From the IMG/VR virus record IMGVR_UViG_3300032295_000861, positions 1 through 31,034 of that record: a stretch of 31,034 nt of DNA. The stretch is one strand, 5' to 3'. Within the stretch, counting starts at the first letter, position 1; every line of letters starts with the position of its first letter. The position numbers and the translations under genes are program-made. The notes under the pieces were generated by a model. The model searched no databases. It worked only from the letters and a program-made list of their open reading frames with translations, and had not been told where the DNA came from. The stretch is from a virus (Duplodnaviria > Caudoviricetes). Below are positions 9,501 to 19,951 of the stretch, piece after piece.

Positions 9501-10524
9501 AGGACCACGAGGATTTGTGCCATTAAGTTATATTCCTATGACTGTAGACCCTAATGCTGCTACAAATGCAGAACTAAGTGCAGCATGGTTAACAGCCACT
9601 GGTTATAATCCCATAACCAATGACGGTGGTAGTTTTTATTATGGAACAATAAGTAAAAGTCTAAGTTATAATAGTTCAGGTACTTGGATTGCCGCAACAT
9701 TTAAGATTGCAGGTGACCTAGTCGCAGATGGAACTATTCGAGCAAATGCTCTAGCAGCCAATAGTATTTTCACTAACAAGTCGGCCAGTACAGGTGCTAC
9801 ATTTGGTGACAACAACAGTGGCGGGTACTGGCTAGATGGATCAAGTGGTAATGCACGATTTGGTGGCACTGTCAGCATTGGTAACAATCTTAATGTTGCT
9901 GGACTTATTACCAGTAGTGCATTACAAACAGGTGTGGTAAACTATAATAACCTAGTCAAAGGTCTTCTTCCAGCGCCTGCAGGCACAAATTTTGCACCTG
10001 AATCTGTTACTGTATCAACCTCAGATACTTATGATCAATATTACAGCAACTCCGCCTCCGTATATGGTTATTGGAAAACGCTAGCCTATACTACTATACC
10101 AATTACTGAACTAATGATTGCAGGTTCAAACAACTATATTGTTAGTTTTACTGCATCACTAACAGGCTCTGGATTTTTAGCATATCCAAATGGTCCAATA
10201 TTCTTTCTATTTGGCAATGATAATACTCATGGTGGTAGTGGTAAAACTATTTTTATCCCTGTAAATCCAACGCCATTGCCTAGCGGTGCTTTAACAAACG
10301 GTAGTACCATTTATCCACAATTTGGTAGAACATTTGGATCTTCTACAAGTTACAACGGTGCTGTTAAGTTAAGTGCTACCTTTACAATGCCATCTTCTGG
10401 AACTTTAACAGTTGGTAGTACCATGGTTATTGGTTGTGGATTTATGAACGGCAATGGTAGTGTAGGTAGTACATTAGGAACTCTAGCATTTAGCAATATT
10501 GTATGGAGCGTAACGCTGGCTTAA
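6502..10524 (+). CDS. Tail tip / central fibre protein (lambda J-like) with FN3-like domain
   Basis: 1340 aa; N-terminal hydrophobic segment, 'KIPVVYG', 'LDYLTNTRYGAG', 'LEAGDVIGI', FN3-like 'TGTYYFRVRGV', and a short collagen-like GDPGDPGDPGP. Confidence 0.85.
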   Translation: MPVFTAAAAYIATAIGVTSAFGIAAIGFGIRLVTAYVVSSIIANRSGAGAGGNQQAAAVGNRVQLAPNTTNKIPVVYGSAFMKPISIDAKISTDQQYMWHVLAFSEAMESDSIGTFSFGDIYWGDKKLVFDETDRTKVTSWINSDGETETQPDGLLNVYLYRDGSSRPLNTTSTAIQVLSDAGIAEANRWDSTKLMTKLVFAIVKIKYDQEKGITGLTEITAKITNTLSSPGAVILDYLTNTRYGAGLDSTSVDTTSLTALNNYAAQTISYTPAGGGAAQTMNRYSINGPVDTTRNFLSNIVDICDSCDSWIQWNEVKGQWAVIINRSYLDTDPTSANLMQIDDNQIVGGIDINPIDLNSTYNSVRVEYPNTRIKDQAGYHIITLEEFPNLMRSPNEPDNQLSLTLPYTNTVIQAQYIAARRLLQSREDLAINFTMDYSGIQLEAGDVIGIHHNWYGWGRYSETVAMPYGKLFRIAQVQEGKADDGSLYARITASEYNDGVYDDDSIDLADFIPEPNTGISDPGILTNLNAPTIVNINPKDQIPNFTVRAAIPSTGNVQAVEYWYGTTESQSNSVYKLYGLDYPANTSFFPRSSTSTQLVTSLSTGTYYFRVRGVGIRRKTAFSSATSIAWAPEFVSSVSGLQFGVQFQPPSIGVPRFNSTTSNTVTTNLSVVNPKAYGTAGGAVVPFVLATSDSDPLFVNNSWRIGASSSTGYLSTGALTTSSIGFTATTISTTTDNGVQLGNPTFITSSTAAVTVPVRYKDGGGNIVQAAPATQQFYIVDPGINGNTLYRPRVYFNVPINGTTVTISGGTYNRETFGWDSRPVTRYGAPPYTYVDNYDYAVALTTGSYRYTAMADPVYTTTNFGSYGATWSTGVQIEAGFGPRGSDGVSPSFIDFDYSQGTTFVKSTSNQFTPQSITIRATATNISFALFDWSITGAAIASTSTSVFPGDTVTVYPSTTSNRIVLSATAGGFNKSITLPIISLAADGTKGDPGDPGDPGPRGFVPLSYIPMTVDPNAATNAELSAAWLTATGYNPITNDGGSFYYGTISKSLSYNSSGTWIAATFKIAGDLVADGTIRANALAANSIFTNKSASTGATFGDNNSGGYWLDGSSGNARFGGTVSIGNNLNVAGLITSSALQTGVVNYNNLVKGLLPAPAGTNFAPESVTVSTSDTYDQYYSNSASVYGYWKTLAYTTIPITELMIAGSNNYIVSFTASLTGSGFLAYPNGPIFFLFGNDNTHGGSGKTIFIPVNPTPLPSGALTNGSTIYPQFGRTFGSSTSYNGAVKLSATFTMPSSGTLTVGSTMVIGCGFMNGNGSVGSTLGTLAFSNIVWSVTLA

Positions 10525-10535
10525 TAGGAACAGAT

Positions 10536-10802
10536 ATGGCAATAAGCAATCAACAACAACAACAAACTATAAATGAAAGTTTTTATACAACTTGGGATCC
10601 TGAAAATCCTGGGCAATTAATCACTGTTCCAGGAGATCCTGAAATGCCTGCAATCATTAAAAGAATGCAGGCATACCAAGTTGAAGAAGAACTAAACTGT
10701 CTATATGATGATATCAAGGCGGGACTCTTTGGTGAACCAGCCAAGACTGGTTCCTTTATGGCCTACCTTGATTCAGTTAAGAGTCAATATCCTAAAGAAT
10801 AA
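10536..10802 (+). CDS. Small tail-fibre-associated protein (chaperone-like)
   Basis: AGGA RBS before ATG 10536. The C-terminal 'AYQVEEELNCLYDDIKAG...SVKSQYPK' pattern is common after phage fibre genes. Confidence 0.5.
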   Translation: MAISNQQQQQTINESFYTTWDPENPGQLITVPGDPEMPAIIKRMQAYQVEEELNCLYDDIKAGLFGEPAKTGSFMAYLDSVKSQYPKE

Positions 10803-10833
10803 GCCTTATCAAGCCGTAATTAGGGTCAAGGGT

Positions 10834-10839
10834 TAAATA
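10834..10839 (+). promoter_or_regulatory. T4-late-like promoter core TAAATA upstream of fibre operon
   Basis: ggtTAAATAtt, the same 11-mer context as at 1151-1161; intergenic. Confidence 0.6.
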
Positions 10840-10918
10840 TTGCAGCGGGGATACAGTGTCCCCAAGCCCGGATTAGTAGCCTTAGCACTAGTCTGTTTTA
10901 ACCCTCAGGAGAATCCAC

Positions 10919-11419
10919 ATGGCTGGAGTATTAAACTTTGCAAATTATATCGGCGGCGCCGACAACATTCAGATCGAACAGATCTTCCCCTCAACACAAA
11001 GAACAATGGTTTACAATTACGGTCAGAATATCACTGACTGGCGTTTTAATGTAGACTCACAGACCATCGTTGTTGACACAATGGCTTTCGACCGTAACAC
11101 AGGTGAGCCAAACTTTGCAGCCAGTACAGTCATAGGTGTATTCCCTAAAACACAAATTTCAACTGCTACCAATGTCAATGTAATTTCCGCCAGTTCAGGT
11201 ACTGTGGGCATTACATTCCCAGGTGGATTATACAGTGGTCCAGTATTGCCAGATGCTCGTAAAAATGTTCCTATCACCATTGTGGGTGTTACATGGAGCA
11301 CAGGTGATCTATTACCTCAGGTCAACACACATCGTTGGGCCTTTATTCAATCATGGGAACCTGGCGTAACTGCTGGTGATCCCACAACAATGACCAATTA
11401 TACTAGCATTGTAGGATAA
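10919..11419 (+). CDS. Virion structural protein, possibly a fibre attachment/adaptor
   Basis: AGGAG RBS; 166 aa, beta-rich; first gene of the fibre operon. Confidence 0.5.
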   Translation: MAGVLNFANYIGGADNIQIEQIFPSTQRTMVYNYGQNITDWRFNVDSQTIVVDTMAFDRNTGEPNFAASTVIGVFPKTQISTATNVNVISASSGTVGITFPGGLYSGPVLPDARKNVPITIVGVTWSTGDLLPQVNTHRWAFIQSWEPGVTAGDPTTMTNYTSIVG

Positions 11420-11425
11420 TAATCA

Positions 11426-13876
11426 ATGAGTGCTGTATTCACCATTACTAATGCCAGCCCTTATATCTTTACTGCAACAATAGTAAAGCCTGCGCTTGGC
11501 ATTACGGAAGCACTCTCAAATTACACAGTCAGTGAAGTTAACCCTAATTTCACTGCTACCTTGTTTAGAAGTCAAACAACAATTACCAATGACAATACTG
11601 TAATTGATGTAATACCAAGTCCTGCATATAGTTTTACAGGTAGTTTAGTTACTCAACAGATTGGCATTGTTGAAAAGACCACTGCCACAGTTAGAGTTAA
11701 CAACACAAACACAGTAGTTGGTGTTAATCAAGTACAAACACCTATTACCATTACCTACAATCCCACCATTGTAGAATATCTATATGCTGGTCAACCTGTT
11801 TACACAACCAGCAGTGTTCAATTTGCCAGTTTAACTCTGGGCACAACCAGCACATTTAGATTCCCTGATGATGATGGAGTTAATGGACAAGTATTGGCCA
11901 CAGATGGTTCTGGACAATTATATTGGACTGCTGGCGGTGGTGGCGGTGGCCTTGTAAGTCTAACAGAAGATTTACTGACCAATGGATTTAGAATTAACAG
12001 CGGCAGTTCAACTGTGCAACTTAGCATCATTGCTGGTGGCAGTGAATTGTTGTTGGATGATAACAGCACATATTTAAGTGCGGGTGCATATGGAGGAATA
12101 CATTGGAATAAAGTTGGTCAACCTTCTTTAAGTTATTGGTCATTGGGTTCTACTAGCAATATTCGACAAGAAAATAATTCTGTAACAATTAATGCTCCTG
12201 ATTCACAATTAATTATTGGACCACTTAGTTGGTGGAATACTGGTGCTATATATTTAGGAAAAGATGGTGCAAGCAATGTAAATGTTTCTGGAAATTTAGA
12301 TGTAGGTGCAACACTAACTACCAATAGCCTTGCAACAGATGGTCAATTTATTCTTGTTCCTTCACTTAAATTTCCAGATGGAAGTATTTTATCTAGTGCC
12401 AATCAAATAGGTACAGGTACAAATACTGGAACCACAGCCACAATCTACAGTCTACAGGCTGATTTATACACTAATGGCTATGACATTAAGGCCAGTGACA
12501 GCAGAGCCAGTCTAAGTCTAATACAGGGTCTAGGATCCTTGGTCATTGAAAATCAAATTGGCTATGAACAAGCCAAATTGATCTATGACACTAATAATTT
12601 TATTGTTGATGCCAATAAGATTCAACTTAATCACAAGCAGACTGGCAGTCTAGTCCGTGCGGCTGTTACCTTGGCTGACTATAATTCTACACAGAGCCAG
12701 GTCATTGTCACAGCCACACAGGTTACATTTAATGCACAAAATGCAGTAACATTTCAGAATGGTATTCGATTCGGTGATGGGACATATCAGACCACAGCAG
12801 GTGGCGGAACAGGAACCAGTGTTAGTAGTATTCTAGCAGGTGATGGAATTGCTGTTGTCAACAGTAGCAGTCAATATACAATCACCAACACAGGTGTAAG
12901 ATCTATTACCAGTGCCACAGCAGGTCGTATAACCATAACCACAGCCACTGGCAATGTACAAATTAGTCTAGGAACCCTGGACATTCAACCATTCTCTAAT
13001 ACGACTGGTCGATTCATTGTTACGAATAATGGCAACGGCGGATCAAGTCAGGTTGGATTTAGTTTACCTGTATTGGCCAGTTGTTTAGTGCCAGGTAATG
13101 GCGTATACATAACCAATACCAATGAATTAATCACAATTGGTCTTAACACACAGACTTTTGCCAGTCAATTAACTGGTGATTTGTTGACCAAAGGCAACAA
13201 CATCAATGGTGAAACCAATCAACTGACCATTGAAGCAGGCAAGTTTGAATTCTTAGGCAGCACACAGTCTAGCAAGATCTACATGCCCAGAAATGCTCAA
13301 ATGCAGATCACTAGTGATTTTGGTATTAGACTAGACACACCTGACGAAAGACCAATTGAGATTTACAGTCCGTTGACTGTCATGCACAGAGATGGCAGTA
13401 GCAGAATCTCAACAGATGCATTGGGCTTGACTAGATTAAATGACACAATCATTGCAATGACTGCCACAAGCAGGGTCATTGTTAACAAGAGTGTGTTTAG
13501 TGATGCCAGTATTATTCTACAAACTGACAGCACCAGCAGTTATATTTCATTGGGTCAAACAACCAGTACGATTGCCGGTGGAGATATTAAATTAGCCAGC
13601 ACTGCCACAGTGGTTGTTGGTAGCAGTTTATACAATTCTGAACTGGCTGTTCAGAAAATTACTAATTATAATAAAACAAGTGCTGTTCAGTTCCCTAGAG
13701 GAATTCAATTTGCCGACAATAGTGTTCAAAGAACAGCATTTCAAAGTACATTGAATTTTGGGCAAATTGCAAGTCCTGCTAACAACCCAACTGAATTTTT
13801 ACTACAATTACAGACTGTTGATTTTGGAACAGTAACAAGCCCAGGTACGCTGGGATATGATGGCGGAGCCATTTAA
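11426..13876 (+). CDS. Tail fibre-like structural protein
   Basis: 816 aa, Thr/Ser/Gly-rich. It has 'DGVNGQVLATDGSGQLYW', three '[KRQ]F-[PGA]-D-[GN]-[ST]' motifs and three 'DL[LY]T[NK]G' motifs, all typical of fibre shafts. Confidence 0.7.
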   Translation: MSAVFTITNASPYIFTATIVKPALGITEALSNYTVSEVNPNFTATLFRSQTTITNDNTVIDVIPSPAYSFTGSLVTQQIGIVEKTTATVRVNNTNTVVGVNQVQTPITITYNPTIVEYLYAGQPVYTTSSVQFASLTLGTTSTFRFPDDDGVNGQVLATDGSGQLYWTAGGGGGGLVSLTEDLLTNGFRINSGSSTVQLSIIAGGSELLLDDNSTYLSAGAYGGIHWNKVGQPSLSYWSLGSTSNIRQENNSVTINAPDSQLIIGPLSWWNTGAIYLGKDGASNVNVSGNLDVGATLTTNSLATDGQFILVPSLKFPDGSILSSANQIGTGTNTGTTATIYSLQADLYTNGYDIKASDSRASLSLIQGLGSLVIENQIGYEQAKLIYDTNNFIVDANKIQLNHKQTGSLVRAAVTLADYNSTQSQVIVTATQVTFNAQNAVTFQNGIRFGDGTYQTTAGGGTGTSVSSILAGDGIAVVNSSSQYTITNTGVRSITSATAGRITITTATGNVQISLGTLDIQPFSNTTGRFIVTNNGNGGSSQVGFSLPVLASCLVPGNGVYITNTNELITIGLNTQTFASQLTGDLLTKGNNINGETNQLTIEAGKFEFLGSTQSSKIYMPRNAQMQITSDFGIRLDTPDERPIEIYSPLTVMHRDGSSRISTDALGLTRLNDTIIAMTATSRVIVNKSVFSDASIILQTDSTSSYISLGQTTSTIAGGDIKLASTATVVVGSSLYNSELAVQKITNYNKTSAVQFPRGIQFADNSVQRTAFQSTLNFGQIASPANNPTEFLLQLQTVDFGTVTSPGTLGYDGGAI

Positions 13877-13887
13877 AGGAATAAAAT

Positions 13888-16800
13888 ATGTCATTACAGA
13901 TTAGAAGAGGTTCTACAGCAGATAGATTATCAATTACACCATTGGTAGGTGAATTGATCTTAGACACAACCACAAATGAATTATTTGTTGGAAATGGTGT
14001 CACTGTTGGTGGTGTTCTTATCACAGCAAATACCACTGTAACCAATTATGTCTTAACCACAGCAACTGCCAGTATACTAGGTGGTATCAAAGTTGGCAGT
14101 GGATTAAGTATCACAGGCGCTGGTGTATTAAGTGCCAATACCGGAACAACAGGTGCCACAGGCGCACAGGGTAGCATTGGTGCTACTGGAGCCACAGGAG
14201 CACAAGGTGCTACTGGTTTACAGGGCAATGCTGGAGCCACAGGTAGTGCAGGTGCAACAGGAGCACAAGGAACACAGGGCAATCAAGGAAGTACGGGCGC
14301 ACAAGGTAACAATGGCGCAACTGGTGCTGCCGGATCAAATGGATCAATTGGAGCCACAGGTGCTCAGGGCAATCAAGGAAGTACGGGCGCACAAGGTAAC
14401 AATGGCGCAACTGGTGCTACTGGTGAAATGGGTGCTACTGGACCACAAGGTGCCCAAGGTGTTATAGGTATTCAAGGAAGTACTGGAGCACAAGGTGTTC
14501 AAGGTAGTACTGGAAGTACTGGACCACAAGGAGCAACTGGATCACAAGGTCTAACAGGTGCAACTGGACCACAGGGATCAACAGGTGCAACTGGTCTAGG
14601 TGAAAGATATTCTACTCAGAGTACAACAGTAAATCAAATTGATTATACAGGTCCTAAACAATTCGTAGTTGCTGGTGGATTGGCCTACACTGCTGGACAA
14701 AGTGTAATTGCAGCCAGTACATCAACTAGTGCAAGACTACAAGGTACTGTTATCAGTTATAACAGCGGCAATGGTGAATTAAACATTAATCCAGATGCAA
14801 TAGTAGGTTTTGGAACTTATAATTCTTGGACTATCAATCTAGCAGGTGCAGTTGGTGTACAGGGAAGTACCGGACCACAAGGTGCCACAGGGCCAGCAGG
14901 AGCCACAGGTGCTGCCGGAACAAATGGTACAGATGGAAGTATTGGTAGCACAGGTGCAACTGGTCTAACTGGTAATCAAGGTAGTACTGGCGCACAGGGT
15001 TCTACTGGAGCAACTGGACTAACAGGTGCAACTGGATCTACAGGACCACAAGGACCACAGGGTCAAAGTAATAATATCTTTAACTACAAGGTTGGCAATT
15101 CAACTTCTAATACATATCCTGGCAATGGAAACTTAAATTTTAACAATGCTACCAATACTGCCAGTACTGTGCTCTATGTCAGTCACTTAAATGATGATGG
15201 TCAAGACATTGATCTTTATCTAAGTCTAATTCAACAGACTCAAGAAATTACTATTCAATCAAAAGATAGTTCAGAAAAAAGAATTGTTTGGACAGTTAGT
15301 GGAACTCCAACAGAAACTAACGATGGAACGGCAACCAGTTATTGGGCATTTCCTGTTACCTTAAAGAGTTATTTGGGCACAAGTTTTAGTCACAACAATG
15401 CCGTTATATTGGGTCTATTAAGCGGTGCAGAAGGTGCCACTGGTGCTACTGGTCTAACAGGAGCAACAGGTCCTCAAGGTAGTACTGGAGCAACAGGACC
15501 AGAAGGTAGTACTGGTCCAACAGGTGCAACTGGAGCAGGTCTAGGCGGATTAACTTCTAGTGACAGCGTGGCCATTGGCACAGGCAGTAAGACATTTGCT
15601 ACAAATTTAAGTGCTACACAAAGTGGCGTTCAAGTAGGTAATGTGGTCAATGTCCGTGCTACAGGTAGTCCAGGTGGTGCTTATGGTATGGGTGGCGTTG
15701 TCACAGCATTTAGTGGAAACAGTATCACAGTGCAAGTTGGTGCTATTATTGGCAGTGGAACTTACAGTTCATGGTCATTTGTTGTCACAGGCTTTAATGG
15801 TGCAACAGGTGCACAGGGTGCAACTGGACCCGCTGGATCTGTAGGTGCTACTGGTATCGGATCAACTGGTGCTACTGGCCAACAAGGTGCAACAGGTGTT
15901 GGACTAACATGGAAAGGTGCTTGGGATTACCTAACAGCCTATGTGGTAAATGATATTGTTCGTTACTCAACTGGCGACAATTATATTTGTGTGGCTGCAA
16001 ATACCGATAAAGATCCTGTTACAAATAATTCAAATCCAAGTGCGCCATTCTCATACTGGAATTTACAAACAAATGCTGGAGCACAGGGATCTACAGGTGC
16101 TACAGGACCACAAGGTGCTACTGGTGCTCAGGGATCTACAGGTGCAACAGGATTAGAAGGAGCAACTGGACTAGTAGGTGCTACTGGAATTGCCTATGAA
16201 ACATTGACTTCTACATCAACTGTAACTCCTACTCTAAATGCCAGCAATACATTTACAGTTAACAAATCCGCCGGAACTAACAGTCTTGGTGTAGGAGCAT
16301 TGGTATTTGTTCTAAGTGCTGATCAGTTGGCCTTTGTATATGGACAAATTCAATCATATTCAGGGACCACAATGGTGGTATATGGAACTGTTGCCAGTGG
16401 ATCAAGTAAATCTAGTTGGAATATCAATCTAACTGGTCCAAGAGGTGTTCAAGGATCAACAGGTGCTACTGGTCAGTCAGGTGCAACAGGTGCCGTGGGT
16501 AATATTGGCGCCACAGGAGCACAGGGAGCAGAAGGCAACATTGGTGCTACTGGAGCCGCAGGCACTAACGGAACAAATGGAAATCAGGGATCAACTGGTG
16601 CCACAGGAACTGCTGGAAATACTGGTGCAACAGGAGCCCAAGGAACTACAGGTAATGCTGGAGCCACAGGCGCAACTGGTCTACAAGGTGCCACTGGACT
16701 AAGTTTCATCTGGGAAGGCCCACACAGTATCACTGGCAGTTATACAGTCAATAGAAGCATTGTAAGTTATGGTGGCAACACTTGGCTATTGATCAGCGGT

Positions 16801-18522
16801 AATGGAACTGGACTACCAGGTGTTAGCGGTGATTGGCAACTATTCACAGCACAGGGCGCAACTGGAGCACAGGGCAATATCGGTGCAACTGGTGCCCAGG
16901 GAACTACCGGAAATACAGGCGCAACAGGTGCTACTGGCGCACAGGGCAACATTGGTGCTACTGGAGCACAGGGTAGTCAAGGCGACATCGGTGCTACTGG
17001 AGCACAAGGTACGCAAGGAAACATTGGAGCCACAGGTGCCCAAGGAACTACAGGTAATACTGGAGCAACCGGCGCTGCTGGAACAAATGGAACTAATGGC
17101 GATATCGGAGCCACAGGTGCCCAGGGTGCTACTGGCGCAGCCGGTACTAATGGTACTAACGGAACTAATGGCGATATCGGAGCAACTGGAGCCCAAGGTG
17201 CAACAGGCGCACAAGGTGTTCAAGGAGATCAAGGCTTTGCAGGTAATCAGGGTGCCACAGGCGCAACTGGCCTACAAGGAGCCACAGGTTCCTCAGCCAA
17301 TACAGGTAATATTGTATTCAATGTCAACACAGTTACTACTTTAAACACAGATGAACATTTATACATTGCTCCTAACGGCAAGGGTGAAGTTCGTTTCCAA
17401 AACACACTGACAATCTACAATCAATCCAGTATTGCATTTAGATTTATAGGTTCAACTGGAACAATTGCAAATCCTGCTACTCCTACAAGTGGTAGTGGTT
17501 TGGCTGCTATTGCTGTGGCTGCTTGGGATGGAAATGCCTATGCAGGTAGTCCTGAAGTGGGCATGGCTGCTAATAGTGGTTCACACATATTAGCCTATGC
17601 TGCTGAAGCATGGACAACCAGTTCACATGGAACAAGTTGGTTACTAAGAGGTTATCCTGCAGGTAACACAGGTTGGTATGATACTAGTAAGAGAACAGTA
17701 TTCGGTAACTGGACAACTGGAAGTTTTGCAACCACTGTTAATGCTTCAATAAATTATGATAATAGTGCAAATGCCAATGCAACGATTGCCACTACTAACT
17801 GGAATAGAAAAGTTATTGGACAAAGTGTGGGAACAGGTGCTCCTGGTGATAACTCGCAACCTAGCATCTTTATTCAGGGCAATACTTCAACAGGTGCATT
17901 GCTATCATTAAGAGCATTCCGTTGGGGCGCAGGCAGTACACTGACTACAGCCACCTTAAGTGCTGATATATTAGGTTCTATTGCTTTCTCTGGTAACAGC
18001 GGACAAAGTGCAGTTAGTATAACAACATTCGGTGCTGCCACACAGTATGCTGGTGCAACTATCAACAGTAGTGCAAGTCAGAACTGGACCAGTGGTGCAA
18101 GAGGAACTGATCTAAACTTCCGCACTACCAATCAAAATACCAATACTGACAGTCTAGTATTGACCTTGGGCAGTGGTGGTGCATTCTTGTACACTAATAC
18201 CAACTTCAAAGGTGTTGTTGAAAGCGTTTATGATATGGGTAATGCACTAGCAACACCTACAATCAATGTGACCAGTGGAACAGTGTTCAAGATGGTTCTA
18301 ACTGGAACAACCACAATCAACAGTCTAGGAAATGTATCTGCTGGTAGTAATGCAACCTTGATCTTGAAGCAAGATGGCACAGGTGGTAGAACACTAAGCA
18401 GCACAATGTTGTTTGCTGGTGCTAGCAAGACCTTGTCAACAGCGGCCAGCGCCACAGATATTATTTCAGTATTCTACGATGGAACTAACTACTACGCAAG
18501 TTTAGTCAAAGGATTCGCATAA
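13888..18522 (+). CDS. Long collagen-like tail fibre with Mtd-N-like anchor
   Basis: N-terminal 'LQIRRGS...[25 protein letters not shown]'. Several Gly-X-Y blocks (GATGAQ) are separated by globular modules such as '[19 protein letters not shown]'. C-terminal '[14 protein letters not shown]' domain. Confidence 0.85.
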   Translation: MSLQIRRGSTADRLSITPLVGELILDTTTNELFVGNGVTVGGVLITANTTVTNYVLTTATASILGGIKVGSGLSITGAGVLSANTGTTGATGAQGSIGATGATGAQGATGLQGNAGATGSAGATGAQGTQGNQGSTGAQGNNGATGAAGSNGSIGATGAQGNQGSTGAQGNNGATGATGEMGATGPQGAQGVIGIQGSTGAQGVQGSTGSTGPQGATGSQGLTGATGPQGSTGATGLGERYSTQSTTVNQIDYTGPKQFVVAGGLAYTAGQSVIAASTSTSARLQGTVISYNSGNGELNINPDAIVGFGTYNSWTINLAGAVGVQGSTGPQGATGPAGATGAAGTNGTDGSIGSTGATGLTGNQGSTGAQGSTGATGLTGATGSTGPQGPQGQSNNIFNYKVGNSTSNTYPGNGNLNFNNATNTASTVLYVSHLNDDGQDIDLYLSLIQQTQEITIQSKDSSEKRIVWTVSGTPTETNDGTATSYWAFPVTLKSYLGTSFSHNNAVILGLLSGAEGATGATGLTGATGPQGSTGATGPEGSTGPTGATGAGLGGLTSSDSVAIGTGSKTFATNLSATQSGVQVGNVVNVRATGSPGGAYGMGGVVTAFSGNSITVQVGAIIGSGTYSSWSFVVTGFNGATGAQGATGPAGSVGATGIGSTGATGQQGATGVGLTWKGAWDYLTAYVVNDIVRYSTGDNYICVAANTDKDPVTNNSNPSAPFSYWNLQTNAGAQGSTGATGPQGATGAQGSTGATGLEGATGLVGATGIAYETLTSTSTVTPTLNASNTFTVNKSAGTNSLGVGALVFVLSADQLAFVYGQIQSYSGTTMVVYGTVASGSSKSSWNINLTGPRGVQGSTGATGQSGATGAVGNIGATGAQGAEGNIGATGAAGTNGTNGNQGSTGATGTAGNTGATGAQGTTGNAGATGATGLQGATGLSFIWEGPHSITGSYTVNRSIVSYGGNTWLLISGNGTGLPGVSGDWQLFTAQGATGAQGNIGATGAQGTTGNTGATGATGAQGNIGATGAQGSQGDIGATGAQGTQGNIGATGAQGTTGNTGATGAAGTNGTNGDIGATGAQGATGAAGTNGTNGTNGDIGATGAQGATGAQGVQGDQGFAGNQGATGATGLQGATGSSANTGNIVFNVNTVTTLNTDEHLYIAPNGKGEVRFQNTLTIYNQSSIAFRFIGSTGTIANPATPTSGSGLAAIAVAAWDGNAYAGSPEVGMAANSGSHILAYAAEAWTTSSHGTSWLLRGYPAGNTGWYDTSKRTVFGNWTTGSFATTVNASINYDNSANANATIATTNWNRKVIGQSVGTGAPGDNSQPSIFIQGNTSTGALLSLRAFRWGAGSTLTTATLSADILGSIAFSGNSGQSAVSITTFGAATQYAGATINSSASQNWTSGARGTDLNFRTTNQNTNTDSLVLTLGSGGAFLYTNTNFKGVVESVYDMGNALATPTINVTSGTVFKMVLTGTTTINSLGNVSAGSNATLILKQDGTGGRTLSSTMLFAGASKTLSTAASATDIISVFYDGTNYYASLVKGFA
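14275..14418 (+). repeat. Perfect 54-bp direct repeat (90-bp period) in the collagen region
   Basis: cagggcaatcaaggaagtacgggcgcacaaggtaacaatggcgcaactggtgct at 14275-14328 and 14365-14418. Confidence 0.9.
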
Positions 18523-19247
18523 TGTTATTTTCAAGGAACTTGGGGTTGGCCAACGCCAATCCCGCTGATTCAGATCCATACTGGGCAAATGTAATTTTCC
18601 TAGCAGGATTTGACAACAATGCCAACAATGAGAGTACGGGCACCAGTGCTCTCACGCTAGTAGGCAGTAGCAGTTATTCATCAGCAGTGGTCAAGTATGG
18701 TACGCACAGTGTTAACCTAACAGACAGCGCCGACAGCAACTATTACACTATGAGCAATGACAGTAATTTTGTCATGGGCACTGGTGACTTTACCATTGAA
18801 ACCTGGGTTCAGATTCCTACACAATTCACTGTGTCAGGTAATGTGGCCATACTTGGTTTTAATATGAATCTCAACGAAAGTACCTACAAACCAATTGCTT
18901 TCTTGTTGAGTAGAATTAACGCAAGTACCTATACAACCAGTTACTATGATTACAATGCTTTCAATAGCAACAGTGGCAATTATATGTCATTTGGCAGCAA
19001 TTGGTATCATATTGCTGTCTGTCGAGCAGGTGGTGTGATCTATTTGAGCAACAATGGTAATGTCCAAAGCAAAACCTATTCAACACGAAGCATTGACAGC
19101 AATCATGTTACTGATGTTCGAATCAAAGACGATGGTTACAGAGAAAATCGTGTGGGATTGTATTTTGATGAATTCCGTGTGACCAAAGGTGTGGCCCGTT
19201 ATACTGCCAATTATACACCACCTACAGCCAAATTCCCAAGGAGTTAA
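18522..19247 (+). CDS. Concanavalin A-like/LamG domain virion protein (putative receptor binding)
   Basis: 'DPYWANV', 'GTGDFTIETWV', 'WYHIAVCR' and 'FDEFRVTKGVARYTANYTPPT' are hallmark phage LamG motifs. Confidence 0.88.
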   Translation: MLFSRNLGLANANPADSDPYWANVIFLAGFDNNANNESTGTSALTLVGSSSYSSAVVKYGTHSVNLTDSADSNYYTMSNDSNFVMGTGDFTIETWVQIPTQFTVSGNVAILGFNMNLNESTYKPIAFLLSRINASTYTTSYYDYNAFNSNSGNYMSFGSNWYHIAVCRAGGVIYLSNNGNVQSKTYSTRSIDSNHVTDVRIKDDGYRENRVGLYFDEFRVTKGVARYTANYTPPTAKFPRS

Positions 19248-19248
19248 A

Positions 19249-19422
19249 ATGGCATTCATACAACAATCAACAACAGCAACCAATGAACAAGGTGGTTGGA
19301 TTTTCGTAGACATTGAAATTGAAGAAACTCGATGGAATGAATTACTAAACTTATTCAACACACCCGAATGGCAAATAAAATTTGATCAAGGTGTTAATGA
19401 AGGCTGGATAAGGAAACTATAA
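19249..19422 (+). CDS. Hypothetical protein (57 aa)
   Basis: AGGAG RBS before ATG 19249 (MAFIQQSTT...). Confidence 0.7.
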   Translation: MAFIQQSTTATNEQGGWIFVDIEIEETRWNELLNLFNTPEWQIKFDQGVNEGWIRKL

Positions 19423-19438
19423 TGCTACCAACTACGAA

Positions 19439-19951
19439 TCAACCATGCCTTCTAACATTACCTCGTCTAACTTGAGAGATTAAACTTTTAGATACATAAA
19501 ATTTATTAGCAAAATATTGATCAAGTTTAGAATCATTAGTAGATCTTATTTCAATAACATCTCCATTGGTTAATTTATGTTGAGCATGATCATCACCTGT
19601 TTTAATTAAATGATCATCAATACTATGAGATGTTATTTGCTTAGTAGTAGCAATTGAAAGATGTGATGGATTACAACATCTTTTATTGTTACAATGATGT
19701 AATAGGTAACCAGATTGATTAGGAGGAAGTTCAAGTAGATTAAATTTTTTATATTCTAAGGCATACATTATTCGATGCACTTTTTTAGATATTGTTTTTC
19801 CATCTAAAATAATAGTAGAATATCCATACCCCATGTTATCTACACATCCTGTCCAAATCCAACAATTTGAAGAAAGTTTATCAATTTTTTTCTCAATTGT
19901 TTGAATGCCAATACGAAGACGAGAATTTACTAAAATACGAGGAATAGCCAT
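19439..19951 (-). CDS. HNH homing endonuclease, reverse orientation
   Basis: CWIWTG...VHRIMY...LHHCNNKRCCNPSHL, with C-terminal 'KLTNGDVIEIR...FYVSKSLISQVRRG' HTH; AT-rich. Confidence 0.88.
   Translation of the reverse strand: MAIPRILVNSRLRIGIQTIEKKIDKLSSNCWIWTGCVDNMGYGYSTIILDGKTISKKVHRIMYALEYKKFNLLELPPNQSGYLLHHCNNKRCCNPSHLSIATTKQITSHSIDDHLIKTGDDHAQHKLTNGDVIEIRSTNDSKLDQYFANKFYVSKSLISQVRRGNVRRHG

Noticed and set aside
14046-17344. Alternative-frame and antisense ORFs inside the collagen fibre gene
   Set aside because: These are shadow ORFs caused by the repetitive Gly-X-Y codons and lack credible translation signals.
13888-19247. Diversity-generating retroelement suggested by the Mtd-like N-terminus
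   Set aside because: There is no reverse transcriptase and I saw no TR/VR repeat pair. The motif is only the fibre anchor domain.
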